Shown in pieces: positions 36,232 through 52,300 of a stretch of 64,000 bases of DNA; position 1 is the stretch's first letter, and each line of letters starts with the position of its first letter. The notes under the pieces are model-generated. The model saw only the letters and a list, made by a program, of their open reading frames with translations, was not told the DNA's origin and ran no database searches. This DNA is from Eledone cirrhosa. Lineage: Eukaryota. The stretch lies in NCBI GenBank assembly GCA_964016885.1, contig OZ024740.1, forward strand, positions 420,980,001 through 421,044,000, read 5' to 3'. The position numbers and the translations under genes were made by a program.

Positions 36232-37729
36232 TTCTGTTGTCTAAATGATCTGGTACAACTATGGTAGATCAGTATCTGTTGTCTAAATAGTCTGGTACAA
36301 CTATGGTAGATCAGTATCTGTTGTCTAAATAGTCTGGTACAACTATGGTAGATCAGTATCTGTTGTCTAAATAGTCTGGTACAACTATGGTAGATCAGTA
36401 TCTGTTGTGTAAATAGTCTGGTACAACTGTGGTAGATCAGTATCTGTTGTGTAAATAGTCTGGTACAACTGTGGTAGATCAGTATCTGTTGTCTAAATAG
36501 TCTGGTACAACTGTGGTAGATCAGTATCTGTTGTCTAAATAGTCTGGTACAACTATGGTAGATCAGTATCTGTTGTGTAAATAGTCTGGTACAATGATGG
36601 TAGATCAGTATCTGTTGTCTAAATAGTCTGGTACAACTATGGTAGATCAGTATCGGTTGTGTAAATAGTCTGGTACAACTGTGGTAGATCAGTATCTGTT
36701 GTGTAAATAGTCTGGTACAACTATGGTAGATCAGTATCTGTTGTCTAAATAGTTTGGTACAACTATGGTAGATCAGTATCTGTTGTCTAAATAGTCTGGT
36801 ACAACTATGGTAGATCAGTATCTGTTGTGTAAATAGTCTGGTACAACTGTGGTAGATCAGTATCTGTTGTGTAAATAGTCTGGTACAACTGTGGTAGATC
36901 AGTATCTGTTGTCTAAATAGTCTGGTACAACTATGGTAGATCAGTATCTGTTGTCTAAATAGTCTGGTACAACTATGGTAGATCAGTATCTGTTGTCTAA
37001 ATAGTCTGGTACAACTATGGTAGATCAGTATCTGTTGTGTAAATAGTCTGGTACAACTGTGGTAGATCAGTATCTGTTGTGTAAATAGTCTGGTACAACT
37101 GTGGTAGATCAGTATCTGTTGTCTAAATAGTCTGGTACAACTATGGTAGATCAGTATCTGTTGTCTAAATAGTCTGGTACAATTATTGTAGATCAGTATC
37201 TGTTGTGTAAATAGTCTGGTATAACTATGGTAGATCAGTATCTGTTGTGTAAATAGTCTGGTACAACTGTGGTAGATCAGTATCTGTTGTCTAAATAGTC
37301 TGGTACAACTATGGTAGATCAGTATCTGTTGTCTAAATAGTCTGGTACAACTATGGTAGATCAGTATCTGTTGTCTAAATAGTCTGGTACAACTATGGTA
37401 GATCAGTATCTGTTGTGTAAATAGTCTGGTACAATGATGGTAGATCATATTGTGTTGTCTAAATAGTCTGGTACAACTGTGGTAGATCAGTATCTGTTGT
37501 CTAAATGATCTGGTACAACTGTGGTAGATCATATTGTGTTGTCTAAATAGTCTGGTACAAATATGGTAGATCATATTGTGTTGTCTAAATAGTCTGGTAC
37601 AACTATGGTAGATCATATTGTGTTGTCTAAATAGTCTGGTACAACTGTGGTAGATCAGTATCTGTTGTCTAAATAGTCTGGTACAACTATGGTAGATCAG
37701 TATCTGTTGTCTAAATAGTCTGGCACAAC
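36232..37729. repeat. 42-bp minisatellite, about 36 copies, plus about 1 more unit at 38077-38129
   Basis: Unit tctgttgt(c/g)taaatagtctggtacaact(a/g)tggtagatcagta. ORF 36186..37739(-) is its translation. Confidence 0.97.
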
Positions 37730-37731
37730 AT

Positions 37732-38076
37732 GGAGGCACATGGCTTAGTGGTTAGAGCATTGGCCTTGGAATCGAAAGGTTGTGAGTTCAATTCTCAGAC
37801 CGGGTATTGTGTTGTTTCCTTGAGCAAGACACTTTATTTCACATTGCTCCAGTTTACTTAGCTGTAGAAATGAGATGATAGGGACTGGGGTCCAAATCAT
37901 TCCACTGCAAAGTGATCGTGGAGGTGCCATGGCAAAAAAAAGCACCCAGCACTCACTGTAAATGAGGTTGGTGTTAAGAAGGGCATCCAGCTGTAAAAAT
38001 CAAGCCAGAATCAGTTCCCGTCCCACCCTTGCAAGCAAGGAAAAAGCGGACGTAAAATGAAATGATGATGATGATG
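37732..38076 (+). mobile_element. SINE family A inserted into the 42-bp array
   Basis: Full head, CORE, module and tail; the array sequence resumes (aactatggtagatcagtatctg) directly after the (gat)n tail. Confidence 0.9.
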
Positions 38077-38756
38077 AACTATGGTAGATCAGTATCTGTT
38101 GCCTAAATAGTCTGGTATAACTGTGGTAGGCCAGCCTTCTAAAGTGGAAAGGGGCTGATTGAACTAAAGAAATAAAATTTCCATTAGTCTTTCTATTGCT
38201 GATACTATCTGCTGGCTGGAGGTGGAATTTGAACTCAGAACTCACATAGCCAGATCAGATACCACAAAACATACCATCCAACTCTTTAATGAATCCCACC
38301 TTGGGACTGGTACTTTATTTCCTGACCCTGAAAGACAGCAGGAATATGTGTAAGCATGATGTAACCCTCTGTCCTGTCTGAAAGGTCAGTAGTTCTGATT
38401 AAGTACTGACTTGGTCTATAATGACCCGTCCAACTCTTGCTCTGTATGTGTATGTGTGTGTATCATTATCATTTAACATCCATTTCCCTTTTTTCCCTGC
38501 TAGCAAAGGTTGGCTGAGTTGTCACAGACCAAATCAGTAGTCAGAGCTGCTGACCTCTCTGTTGAGCTAGGTGCCTGCACCATCCCCCTTACTTGCATTC
38601 TCACACTCTACCAAGTATCTTAGACAGGCTGGGAGCCTGCTTCTTTTCCAGGCTCTACTGAGTACATTTTAAAAGGGCATCAACACTAGAGAGGTTGTCA
38701 TGACTTTGACACAGCTGAAGAATCATCTCAATCTTTTGTTTGACTGAATGCCCTTC

Positions 38757-38810
<54 letters not shown>

Positions 38811-39084
38811 AACTGTCTCTGTGGCCTAGTGGGAGGTATTAGAGACAGTGGAGATCCTGGTCTGGGGTTCAATTTTAGTCCTACCCATGCTAGTGTGGAA
38901 AATGGCCGTTAAACGATGACGATGATGATGATATATATGGTGGACTCTAGCTCATCAATTCCACCCAGACTTATCACAATCTTTTACCAAAATTGATCAA
39001 ACAGACGATTTACAGTACCATATTCCATAGATGTAGTTAAGCATCTAATTACATTGATCTTCTTTAATTAATTATTGGAGGAAT

Positions 39085-39285
39085 CTGATAGTATCACCTC
39101 AAACACCAGTGAATTTGATAGTATCACCACCACCACCACCACCAGTGAATTTTATAGTACCACCACCAGTGAATGTTATAGTACCACCACCAGTGAATGT
39201 TATAGTACCACCACCAGTGAATTTGATAGTACCACCACCAGTGAATTTGATAGTACCACCACCAGTGAATTTGATAGTACCACCA
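39085..39285. repeat. 24-bp minisatellite, about 7 copies
   Basis: Unit gtaccaccaccagtgaatttgata. Confidence 0.9.
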
Positions 39286-39601
39286 CAACCCCACCATCAC
39301 CACCATAACCATTAGACTGTCACTCCTCCAACCACTACCAACACTATCACTAACAAGGTGGCCCTCTACATGGTTCTTTGACTTGCTAGATATAGCAGCT
39401 AAATCTCTCTTAAATCACATCCTATAGTTTAAGAAAAGGAGACATTGGATAATGTATGCCTAGAAAAAAGCCGGAATGTCATAGCCGGAATGCCCTTAAT
39501 TATAAATCTGTTCAATCAGACAAATAACAACAGCAACAATACCAACAACATGATCATACCCACTGATATTACTGTGTTGTCATAACCCTTGGTCTTCTTA
39601 G

Positions 39602-39810
39602 CCCTTTAGCATTTTACATTACTCTATGTATACTATTGTACTTTCACGGTAAAGGCTTTACCTCACATAATATCGAATCTATAAGATTTTGATATTATTT
39701 ATTTCGAGAAAAATACTTTAACATATGTATGAGCAGCCAGTTATGACTGGTTTGATCAAAAAGAAGTGAGAGAATTCTGGCCAGATATGGCCAGTTTAAA
39801 TGCTAAAGGG
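39602..39810 (-). mobile_element. piggyBac-like MITE, complete, reverse orientation
   Basis: ccctttagcattt ... aaatgctaaaggg followed by TTAA (39811-39814); left flank is ttag. The interior is the reverse complement of the 2481 and 10798 copies. Confidence 0.85.
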
Positions 39811-40344
39811 TTAAATTGGTTATTCCATGTTGTTATGGGTGGGATGAATCTAAAAAAATTGTTGTCATATTCTTAATCTAATTTCTAGATGTGGCTCTAA
39901 ATTCTTGTCCGTTTAGATTACATTATTCCATGTTTTTCCTTAGATTCTCAGCACCCTAGACCTAGAGCCCATCGCCACTCCACCACCTCACATTCTTCTG
40001 TGACACAAGAGTTCTTTCCCTTGCCTTCAATTATCTCTAGTGTTATTTTAAATAGATTTGTTTATGAAATCTTTGATTTTTATTAATAAAACATATTTAG
40101 CTGATAGATAGAAATGGAGAGACATGGAGGTTTACACAATAGAGTCCAATGTTATATATAGATGTTCTATACTAATTCTGTATATGTTGTTAGAAAGTCC
40201 AGAGTAAGGTTGAAAATAAAAATATTCTAGTCATGTCCACCTGGTATTTTAAATCTCATCTGTATCAATTTACTTTAAGCTTACGATCTATTACAAGTTT
40301 CTTGATATTATTTTATCCACCCCTCCAACCTTATCTCATTCACT

Positions 40345-43300
40345 TTCACCTTTACATATCAATACCACCAATACCACCCTTCACCATTACATACCAATAC
40401 CACCAATACCACCCTTCACCATTACATACCAATACCACCAATACCACCCTTCACCATTACATACCAATACCACCAATGTCACCCTTCACCATTACATACC
40501 AATACCACCAATACCACCCTTCACCATTACATACCAATACCACCAATGTCACCCTTCACCATTACATACCAATACCACCAATACCACCGTTCACCATTAC
40601 ATACCAATACCACCAATACCACCCTTCACCATTACATACCAATACCACCAATGTCACCCTTCACCATTACATACCAATACCACCAATGTCACCCTTCACC
40701 ATTACATACCAATACCACCAATACCACCCTTCACCATTACATACCAATACCACCAATACCACCCTTCACCATTACATACCAATACCACCAATACCACCCT
40801 TCACCATTACATACCAATACCACCAATGTCACCCTTCACCATTACATACCAATACCACCAATACCACCCTTCACCATTACATACCAATACCACCAATGTC
40901 ACCCTTCACCATTACATACCAATACCACCAATACCACCCTTCACCATTACATACCAATACCACCAATGTCACCCTTCACCATTACATACCAATACCACCA
41001 ATGTCACCCTTCACCATTACATACCAATACCACCAATACCACCCTTCACCATTACATACCAATACCACCAATGTCAGCCTTCACCATTACATACCAATAC
41101 CACCAATACCACCCTTCACCATTACATACCAATACCACCAATACCACCCTTCACCATTACATACCAATACCACCAATGTCAGCCTTCACCATTACATACC
41201 AATACCACCAATACCACCCTTCACCATTACATACCAATACCACCAATACCACCCTTCACCATTACATACCAATACCACCAATACCACCCTTCACCATTAC
41301 ATACCAATACCACCAATGTCACCATTCACCATTACATACCAATACCACCAATACCACCCTTCACCATTACATACCAATACCACCCTTCACCATTACATAC
41401 CGATACCACCAATACCACCCTTCACCATTACATACCAATACCACCCTTCACCATTACATACCAATACCACCAATGTCACCATTCACCATTACATACCAAT
41501 ACCACCAATGTCACCCTTCACCATTACATACCGATACCACCAATGTCACCCTTCACCATTACATACCAATACCACCAATACCACCCTTCACCATTACATA
41601 CCAATACCACCCTTCACCATTACATACCAATACCACCAATGTCACCATTCACCATTACATACCAATACCACCAATGTCACCCTTCACCATTACATACCGA
41701 TACCACCAATACCACCCTTCACCATTACATACCGATACCACCAATACCACCCTTCACCATTACATACCAATACCACCAATACCACCCTTCACCATTACAT
41801 ACCAATACCACCCTTCACCATTACATACCAATACCACCAATGTCACCCTTCACCATTACATACCGATACCACCAATACCACCCTTCACCATTACATACCG
41901 ATACCACCAATGTCACCCTTCACCATTACATACCAATACCACCAATGTCACCCTTCACCATTACATACCGATACCACCAATACCACCCTTCACCATTACA
42001 TACCAATACCACCAATGTCACCCTTCACCATTACATACCGATACCACCAATACCACCCTTCACCATTACATACCGATACCACCAATACCACCCTTCACCA
42101 TTACATACCAATACCACCAATACCACCCTTCACCATTACATACCAATACCACCCTTCACCATTACATATCAATACCACCAATGTCACCCTTCACCATTAC
42201 ATACCAATACCACCAATACCACCCTTCACCATTACATACCAATACCACCCTTCACCATTACATACCAATACCACCAATGTCACCATTCACCATTACATAC
42301 CAATACCACCAATACCACCCTTCACCATTACATACCAATACCACCCTTCACCATTACATACCAATACCACCAATGTCAGCCTTCACCTTTACATACCAAT
42401 ACCACCAATGTCACCATTCACCATTACATACCAATACCACCAATACCACCCTTCACCATTACATACCAATACCACCCTTCACCATTACATATCAATACCA
42501 CCAATGTCACCCTTCACCATTACATACCAATACCACCAATACCACCCTTCACCATTACATACCAATACCACCCTTCACCATTACATACCAATACCACCAA
42601 TGTCACCATTCACCATTACATACCAATACCACCAATACCACCCTTCACCATTACATACCAATACCACCCTTCACCATTACATACCAATACCACCAATGTC
42701 ACCCATCACCATTACATACCAATACCACCAATGTCACCCTTCACCATTACATATCAATACCACCAATGTCACCCTTCACCATTACATACCAATACCACCA
42801 ATGTCACCCTTCACCATTACATACCAATACCACCAATGTCACCCTTCACCATTACATATCAATACCACCAATGTCACCCTTCACCATTACATACCAATAC
42901 CACCAATGTCACCCTTCACCATTACATACCAATACCACCAATACCACCCTTCACCATTACATACCAATACCACCAATGTCACCCTTCACCATTACATACC
43001 AATACCACCAATGTCACCCTTCACCATTACATACCAATACCACCAATGTCACCATTCACCATTACATACCGATACCACCAATGTCACCCTTCACCATTAC
43101 ATACCAATACCACCAATACCACCCTTCACCATTACATACCAATACCACCAATGTCACCCTTCACCATTACATACCAATACCACCAATGTCACCATTCACC
43201 ATTACATACCGATACCACCAATGTCACCATTCACCATTACATACCAATACCACCAATACCACCCTTCACCATTACATACCAATACCACCAATGTCACCCT

Positions 43301-46300
43301 TCACCATTACATACCAATACCACCAATGTCACCATTCACCATTACATACCAATACCACCAATACCACCCTTCACCATTACATACCACCAATACCACCCTT
43401 CACCATTACATACCAATACCACCAATACCACCCTTCACCATTACATACCAATACCACCAATACCACCCTTCACCATTACATACCAATACCACCAATGTCA
43501 GCCTTCACCATTACATACCAATACCACCAATGTCACCCTTCACCATTACATACCAATACCACCAATACCACCCTTCACCATTACATACTAATACCACCAA
43601 TGTCAGCCTTCACCATTACATACCAATACCACCAATACCACCCTTCACCATTACATACCAATACCACCAATACCACCCTTCACCATTACATACCAATACC
43701 ACCAATGTCAGCCTTCACCATTACATACCAATACCACCAATGTCAGCCTTCACCATTACATACCAATACCACCAATGTCAGCCTTCACCATTACATACCA
43801 ATACCACCAATACCACCCTTCACCATTACATACCAATACCACCAATGTCAGCCTTCACCATTACATACCAATACCACCAATGTCAGCCTTCACCATTACA
43901 TACCAATACCACCAATACCACCCTTCACCATTACATACCAATACCACCAATACCACCCTTCACCATTACATACCAATACCACCAATACCACCCTTCACCA
44001 TTACATACCAATACCACCAATACCACCCTTCACCATTACATACCAATACCACCAATACCACCCTTCACCATTACATACCAATACCACCAATGTCACCCTT
44101 CACCATTACATACCAATACCACCAATACCACCCTTCACCATTACATACCAATACCACCAATGTCACCCTTCACCATTACATACCAATACCACCAATACCA
44201 CCCTTCACCATTACATACCAATACCACCAATACCACCCTTCACCATTACATACCAATACCACCAATGTCACCCTTCACCATTACATACCAATACCACCAA
44301 TACCACCCTTCACCATTACATACCAATACCACCAATGTCACCCTTCACCATTACATACCAATACCACCAATACCACCCTTCACCATTACATACCAATACC
44401 ACCAATGTCACCCTTCACCATTACATACCAATACCACCAATACCACCCTTCACCATTACATACCAATACCACCAATGTCAGCCTTCACCATTACATACCA
44501 ATACCACCAATGTCAGCCTTCACCATTACATACCAATACCACCAATGTCACCCTTCACCATTACATACCAATACCACCAATACCACCCTTCACCATTACA
44601 TACCAATACCACCAATACCACCCTTCACCATTACATACCAATACCACCAATACCACCCTTCACCATTACATACCAATACCACCAATACCACCCTTCACCA
44701 TTACATACCAATACCACCAATGTCACCCTTCACCATTACATACCAATACCACCAATACCACCCTTCACCATTACATACCAATACCACCAATGTCAGCCTT
44801 CACCATTACATACTAATACCACCAATACCACCCTTCACCATTACATACCAATACCACCAATGTCACCCTTCACCATTACATACCAATACCACCAATACCA
44901 CCCTTCACCATTACATACCAATACCACCAATGTCACCCTTCACCATTACATACCAATACCACCAATACCACCCTTCACCATTACATACCAATACCACCAA
45001 TACCACCCTTCACCATTACATACCAATACCACCAATACCACCCTTCACCATTACATACCAATACCACCAATGTCAGCCTTCACCATTACATACCAATACC
45101 ACCAATGTCACCCTTCACCATTACATACCAATACCACCAATGTCAGCCTTCACCATTACATACCAATACCACCAATGTCACCCTTCACCATTACATACCA
45201 ATACCACCAATGTCAGCCTTCACCATTACATACCAATACCACCAATACCACCCTTCACCATTACATACCAATACCACCAATGTCAGCCTTCACCATAACA
45301 TACCAATACCACCAATACCACCCTTCACCATTACATACCAATACCACCAATGTCAGCCTTCACCATTACATACCAATACCACCAATACCACCCTTCACCA
45401 TTACATACCAATACCACCAATACCACCCTTCACCATTACATACCAATACCACCAATGTCAGCCTTCACCATTACATACCAATACCACCAATGTCACCCTT
45501 CACCATTACATACCAATACCACCAATGTCAGCCTTCACCATTACATACCAATACCACCAATGTCACCCTTCACCATTACATACCAATACCACCAATGTCA
45601 GCCTTCACCATTACATACCAATACCACCAATGTCAGCCTTCACCATTACATACCAATACCACCAATACCACCCTTCACCATTACATACCAATACCACCAA
45701 TACCACCCTTCACCATTACATACCAATACCACCAATGTCACCCTTCACCATTACATACCAATACCACCAATACCACCCTTCACCATTACATACCAATACC
45801 ACCAATGTCACCCTTCACCATTACATACCAATACCACCCTTCAGCATTACATACCAATACCACCAATGTCAGCCTTCACCATTACATACCAATACCACCC
45901 TTCACCATTACATACCAATACCACCAATGTCACCCTTCACCATTACAAACCAATACCACCAATACCACCCTTCACCATTAGATACCAATACCACCAATAC
46001 CACCCTTCACCATTACATACCAATACCACCAATGTCACCCTTCACCATTACATACCAATACCACCAATACCACCCTTCACCATTAGATACCAATACCACC
46101 AATGTCAGCCTTCACCATTACATACCAATACCACCAATACCACCCTTCACCATTACATACCAATACCACCAATACCACCCTTCACCATTACATACCAATA
46201 CCACCAATGTCACCCTTCACCATTACAAACCAATACCACCAATACCACCCTTCACCATTACATACCGATACCACCAATACCACCCTTCACCATTAGATAC

Positions 46301-49300
46301 CAATACCACCCTTCACCATTACATACCAATACCACCAATACCACCCTTCACCATTAGATACCAATACCACCAATACCACCCTTCACCATTACATACCAAT
46401 ACCACCAATACCACCCTTCACCATTACATACCAATACCACCAATACCACCCTTCACCATTACATACCAATACCACCAATACCACCCTTCACCATTACATA
46501 CCAATACCACCAATACCACCCTTCACCATTACATACCAATACCACCAATGTCACCCTTCACCATTACAAACCAATACCACCAATACCACCCTTCACCATT
46601 ACATACCGATACCACCAATACCACCCTTCACCATTAGATACCAATGTCACCCTTCACCATTACATACCAATACCACCAATACCACCCTTCACCATTAGAT
46701 ACCAATACCACCAATGTCAGCCTTCACCATTACATACCAATACCACCAATACCACCCTTCACCATTACATACCAATACCACCCTTCACCATTACAAACCA
46801 ATACCACCAATACCACCCTTCACCATTACATACCAATACCACCAATACCACCCTTCACCATTACATACCAATACCACCAATGTCACCCTTCACCATTACA
46901 AACCAATACCACCAATACCACCCTTCACCATTACATACCAATACCACCCTTCACCATTACATACCAATACCACCCTTCACCATTAGATACCAATACCACC
47001 AATACCACCCTTCACCATTACATACCAATACCACCAATGTCAGCCTTCACCATTACATACCAATACCACCCTTCACCATTACATACCAATACCACCAATA
47101 CCACCCTTCACCATTACATACCAATACCACCAATACCACCCTTCACCATTACATACCAATACCACCCTTCACCATTACATACCAATACCACCAATACCAC
47201 CCTTCACCATTACATACCAATACCACCAATACCACCCTTCACCATTACATACCAATACCACCCTTCACCATTACATACCAATACCACCAATACCACCCTT
47301 CACCATTACATACCAATACCACCAATACCACCCTTCACCATTACATACCAATACCACCAATACCACCCTTCACCATTACATACCAATACCACCAATGTCA
47401 GCCTTCACCATTACATACCAATACCACCAATACCACCCTTCACCATTACATACCAATACCACCAATGTCACCCTTCACCATTACATACCAATACCACCAA
47501 TGTCAGCCTTCACCATTACATACCAATACCACCAATGTCACCCTTCACCATTACATACCAATACCACCAATGTCACCCTTCACCATTACATACCAATACC
47601 ACCAATACCACCCTTCACCATTACATACCAATACCACCAATGTCACCCTTCACCATTACATACCAATACCACCAATGTCAGCCTTCACCATTACATACCA
47701 ATACCACCAATGTCACCCTTCACCATTACATACCAATACCACCAATACCACCCTTCACCATTACATACCAATACCACCAATGTCAGCCTTCACCATTACA
47801 TACCAATACCACCAATACCACCCTTCACCATTACATACCAATACCACCCTTCACCATTACATACCAATACCACCAATACCACCCTTCACCATTACATACC
47901 AATACCACCAATACCACCCTTCACCATTACATACCAATACCACCAATACCACCCTTCACCATTACATACCAATACCACCAATACCACCCTTCACCATTAC
48001 ATACCAATACCACCCTTCACCATTACATACCAATACCACCAATACCACCCTTCACCATTACATACCAATACCACCAATGTCACCCTTCACCATTACATGC
48101 CAATACCACCAATACCACCCTTCACCATTACATATCAATGCCACCAATGTCAGCCTTCACCATTACATACCAATACCACCAATGTCACCCTTCACCATTA
48201 CATACCAATACCACCAATGTCAGCTTTCACCATTACATACCAATACCACCCTTCACCATTACATATCAATACCACCAATACCACCCTTCACCATTACATA
48301 CCAATACCACCAATACCACCCTTCACCATTACATACCAATACCACCAATGTCACCCTTCACCATTACATACCAATACCACCAATGTCACCCTTCACCATT
48401 ACATACCAATACCACCAATGTCACCCTTCACCATTACATACCAATACCACCAATGTCAGCTTTCACCATTACATACCAATACCACCCTTCACCATTACAT
48501 ATCAATACCACCAATACCACCCTTCACCATTACATACCAATACCACCAATGTCACCCTTCACCATTACATACCAATACCACCAATGTCACCCTTCACCAT
48601 TACATACCAATACCACCAATGTCACCCTTCACCATTACATATCAATGCCACCAATGTCAGCCTTCACCATTACATACCAATACCACCAATGTCACCCTTC
48701 ACCATTACATACCAATACCACCAATGTCAGCTTTCACCATTACATACCAATACCACCAATACCACCCTTCACCATTACATATCAATACCACCAATACCAC
48801 CCTTCACCATTACATACCAATACCACCAATGTCACCCTTCACCATTACATACCAATACCACCAATGTCACCCTTCACCATTACATACCAATACCACCAAT
48901 GTCACCCTTCACCATTACATACCAATACCACCAATGTCAGCTTTCACCATTACATATCAATACCACCAATACCACCCTTCACCATTACATATCAATACCA
49001 CCAATACCACCCTTCACCATTACATACCAATACCACCAATGTCACCCTTCACCATTACATACCAATACCACCAATGTCAGCCTTCACCATTACATACCAA
49101 TACCACCAATGTCACCCTTCACCATTACATACCAATACCACCAATGTCAGCTTTCACCATTACATATCAATACCACCAATACCACCCTTCACCATTACAT
49201 ATCAATACCACCAATACCACCCTTCACCATTACATACCAATACCACCAATGTCACCCTTCACCATTACATACCAATACCACCAATGTCACCCTTCACCAT

Positions 49301-52300
49301 TACATACCAATACCACCAATGTCACCCTTCACCATTACATACCAATACCACCAATGTCACCCTTCACCATTACATACCAATACCACCAATACCACCCTTC
49401 ACCATTACATACCAATACCACCAATGTCACCCTTCACCATTACATGCCAATGCCACCAATGTCAGCCTTCACCATTACATACCAATACCACCAATACCAC
49501 CCTTCACCATTACATACCAATACCACCAATGTCACCCTTCACCATTACATACCAATACCACCAATGTCACCCTTCACCATTACATACCAATACCACCAAT
49601 ACCACCCTTCACCATTACATACCAATACCACCAATGTCACCCTTCACCATTACATACCAATACCACCAATACCACCCTTCACCATTACATATCAATGCCA
49701 CCAATGTCAGCCTTCACCATTACATACCAATACCACCAATACCACCCTTCACCATTACATACCAATACCACCAATGTCAGCCTTCACCATTACATACCAA
49801 TACCACCAATACCACCCTTCACCATTACATATCAATACCACCAATACCACCCTTCACCATTACATACCAATACCACCAATACCACCCTTCACCATTACAT
49901 ACCAATACCACCAATACCACCCTTCACCATTACATACCAATACCACCAATGTCAGCCTTCACCATTACATACCAATACCACCAATACCACCGTTCACCAT
50001 TACATATCAATACCACCAATACCACCCTTCACCATTACATACCAATACCACCAATACCACCCTTCACCATTACATACCAATACCACCAATACCACCCTTC
50101 ACCATTACATACCAATACCACCAATGTCAGCCTTCACCATTACATACCAATACCACCAATGTCACCCTTCACCATTACATACCAATACCACCAATACCAC
50201 CCTTCACCATTACATACCAATACCACCAATGTCAGCCTTCACCATTACATACCAATACCACCAATACCACCCTTCACCATTACATATCAATACCACCAAT
50301 ACCACCCTTCACCATTACATACCAATACCACCAATGTCAGCCTTCACCATTACATACCAATACCACCAATACCACCCTTCACCATTACATACCAATACCA
50401 CCAATACCACCCTTCACCATTACATACCAATACCACCAATACCACCCTTCACCATTACATACCAATACCACCAATACCACCCTTCACCATTACATACCAA
50501 TACCACCAATACCACCCTTCACCATTACATACCAATACCACCAATGTCAGCCTTCACCATTACATACCAATACCACCAATGTCACCCTTCACCATTACAT
50601 ACCAATACCACCAATGTCACCCTTCACCATTACATACCAATACCACCAATGTCACCCTTCACCATTACATACCAATACCACCAATACCACCCTTCACCAT
50701 TACATACCAATACCACCAATGTCACCCTTCAACATTACATACCAATACCACCAATGTCACCCTTCACCATTACATACCAATACCACCAATACCACCCTTC
50801 ACCATTACATACCAATACCACCAATGTCAGCCTTCACCATTACATACCAATACCACCAATGTCACCCTTCACCATTACATACCAATACCACCAATACCAC
50901 CCTTCACCATTACATACCAATACCACCAATGTCACCCTTCAACATTACATACCAATACCACCAATGTCACCCTTCACCATTACATACCAATACCACCAAT
51001 ACCACCCTTCACCATTACATACCAATACCACCAATGTCAGCCTTCACCATTACATACCAATACCACCAATGTCACCCTTCACCATTACATACCAATACCA
51101 CCAATACCACCCTTCACCATTACATACCAATACCACCAATGTCACCCTTCAACATTACATACCAATACCACCAATGTCACCCTTCACCATTACATACCAA
51201 TACCACCAATGTCAGCCTTCACCATTACATACCAATACCACCAATACCACCCTTCACCATTACATACCAATACCACCAATGTCAGCCTTCACCATTACAT
51301 ACCAATACCACCAATACCACCCTTCACCATTACATACCAATACCACCAATACCACCCTTCACCATTACATACCAATACCACCAATACCACCCTTCACCAT
51401 TACATACCAATACCACCAATACCACCCTTCACCATTACATACCAATACCACCAATACCACCCTTCACCATTACATACCAATACCACCAATGTCAGCCTTC
51501 ACCATTACATACCAATACCACCAATGTCACCCTTCACCATTACATACCAATACCACCAATACCACCGTTCACCATTACATATCAATACCACCAATACCAC
51601 CCTTCACCATTACATACCAATACCACCAATGTCAGCCTTCACCATTACATACCAATACCACCAATGTCACCCTTCACCATTACATACCAATACCACCAAT
51701 GTCACCCTTCACCATTACATACCAATACCACCAATGTCAGCCTTCACCATTACATACCAATACCACCAATACCACCCTTCACCATTACATACCAATACCA
51801 CCAATGTCAGCCTTCACCATTACATACCAATACCACCAATGTCAGCCTTCACCATTACATACCAATACCACCAATGTCAGCCTTCACCATTACATACCAA
51901 TACCACCAATGTCAGCCTTCACCATTACATACCAATACCACCAATGTCAGCCTTCACCATTACATACCAATACCACCAATGTCACCCTTCACCATTACAT
52001 ACCAATACCGCCAATACCACCCTTCACCATTACATACTAATACCACCAATGTCACCCTTCACCATTACATACCAATACCACCAATACCACCCTTCACCAT
52101 TACATACTAATACCACCAATGTCACCCTTCACCTTTACATACCAATACCACCAATACCACCCTTCACCATTACATACCAATACCACCAATGTCACCCTTC
52201 ACCATTACATACCAATACCACCAATACCACCCTTCACCATTACATACCAATACCACCAATACCACCCTTCACCATTACATACCAATACCACCAATACCAC

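Noticed and set aside
2018-37729. CRISPR-like appearance of the 29-48-bp arrays
   Set aside because: Units are head-to-tail with no unique spacers, there are no cas genes, and the context is eukaryotic.
22043-37739. Repetitive ORFs over the 48-bp and 42-bp arrays, including Cys-rich ones
   Set aside because: They are translations of minisatellites, open in several frames or on both strands. The 47-bp variants break frame freely, and the 48-bp unit derives from a non-coding 3'UTR.
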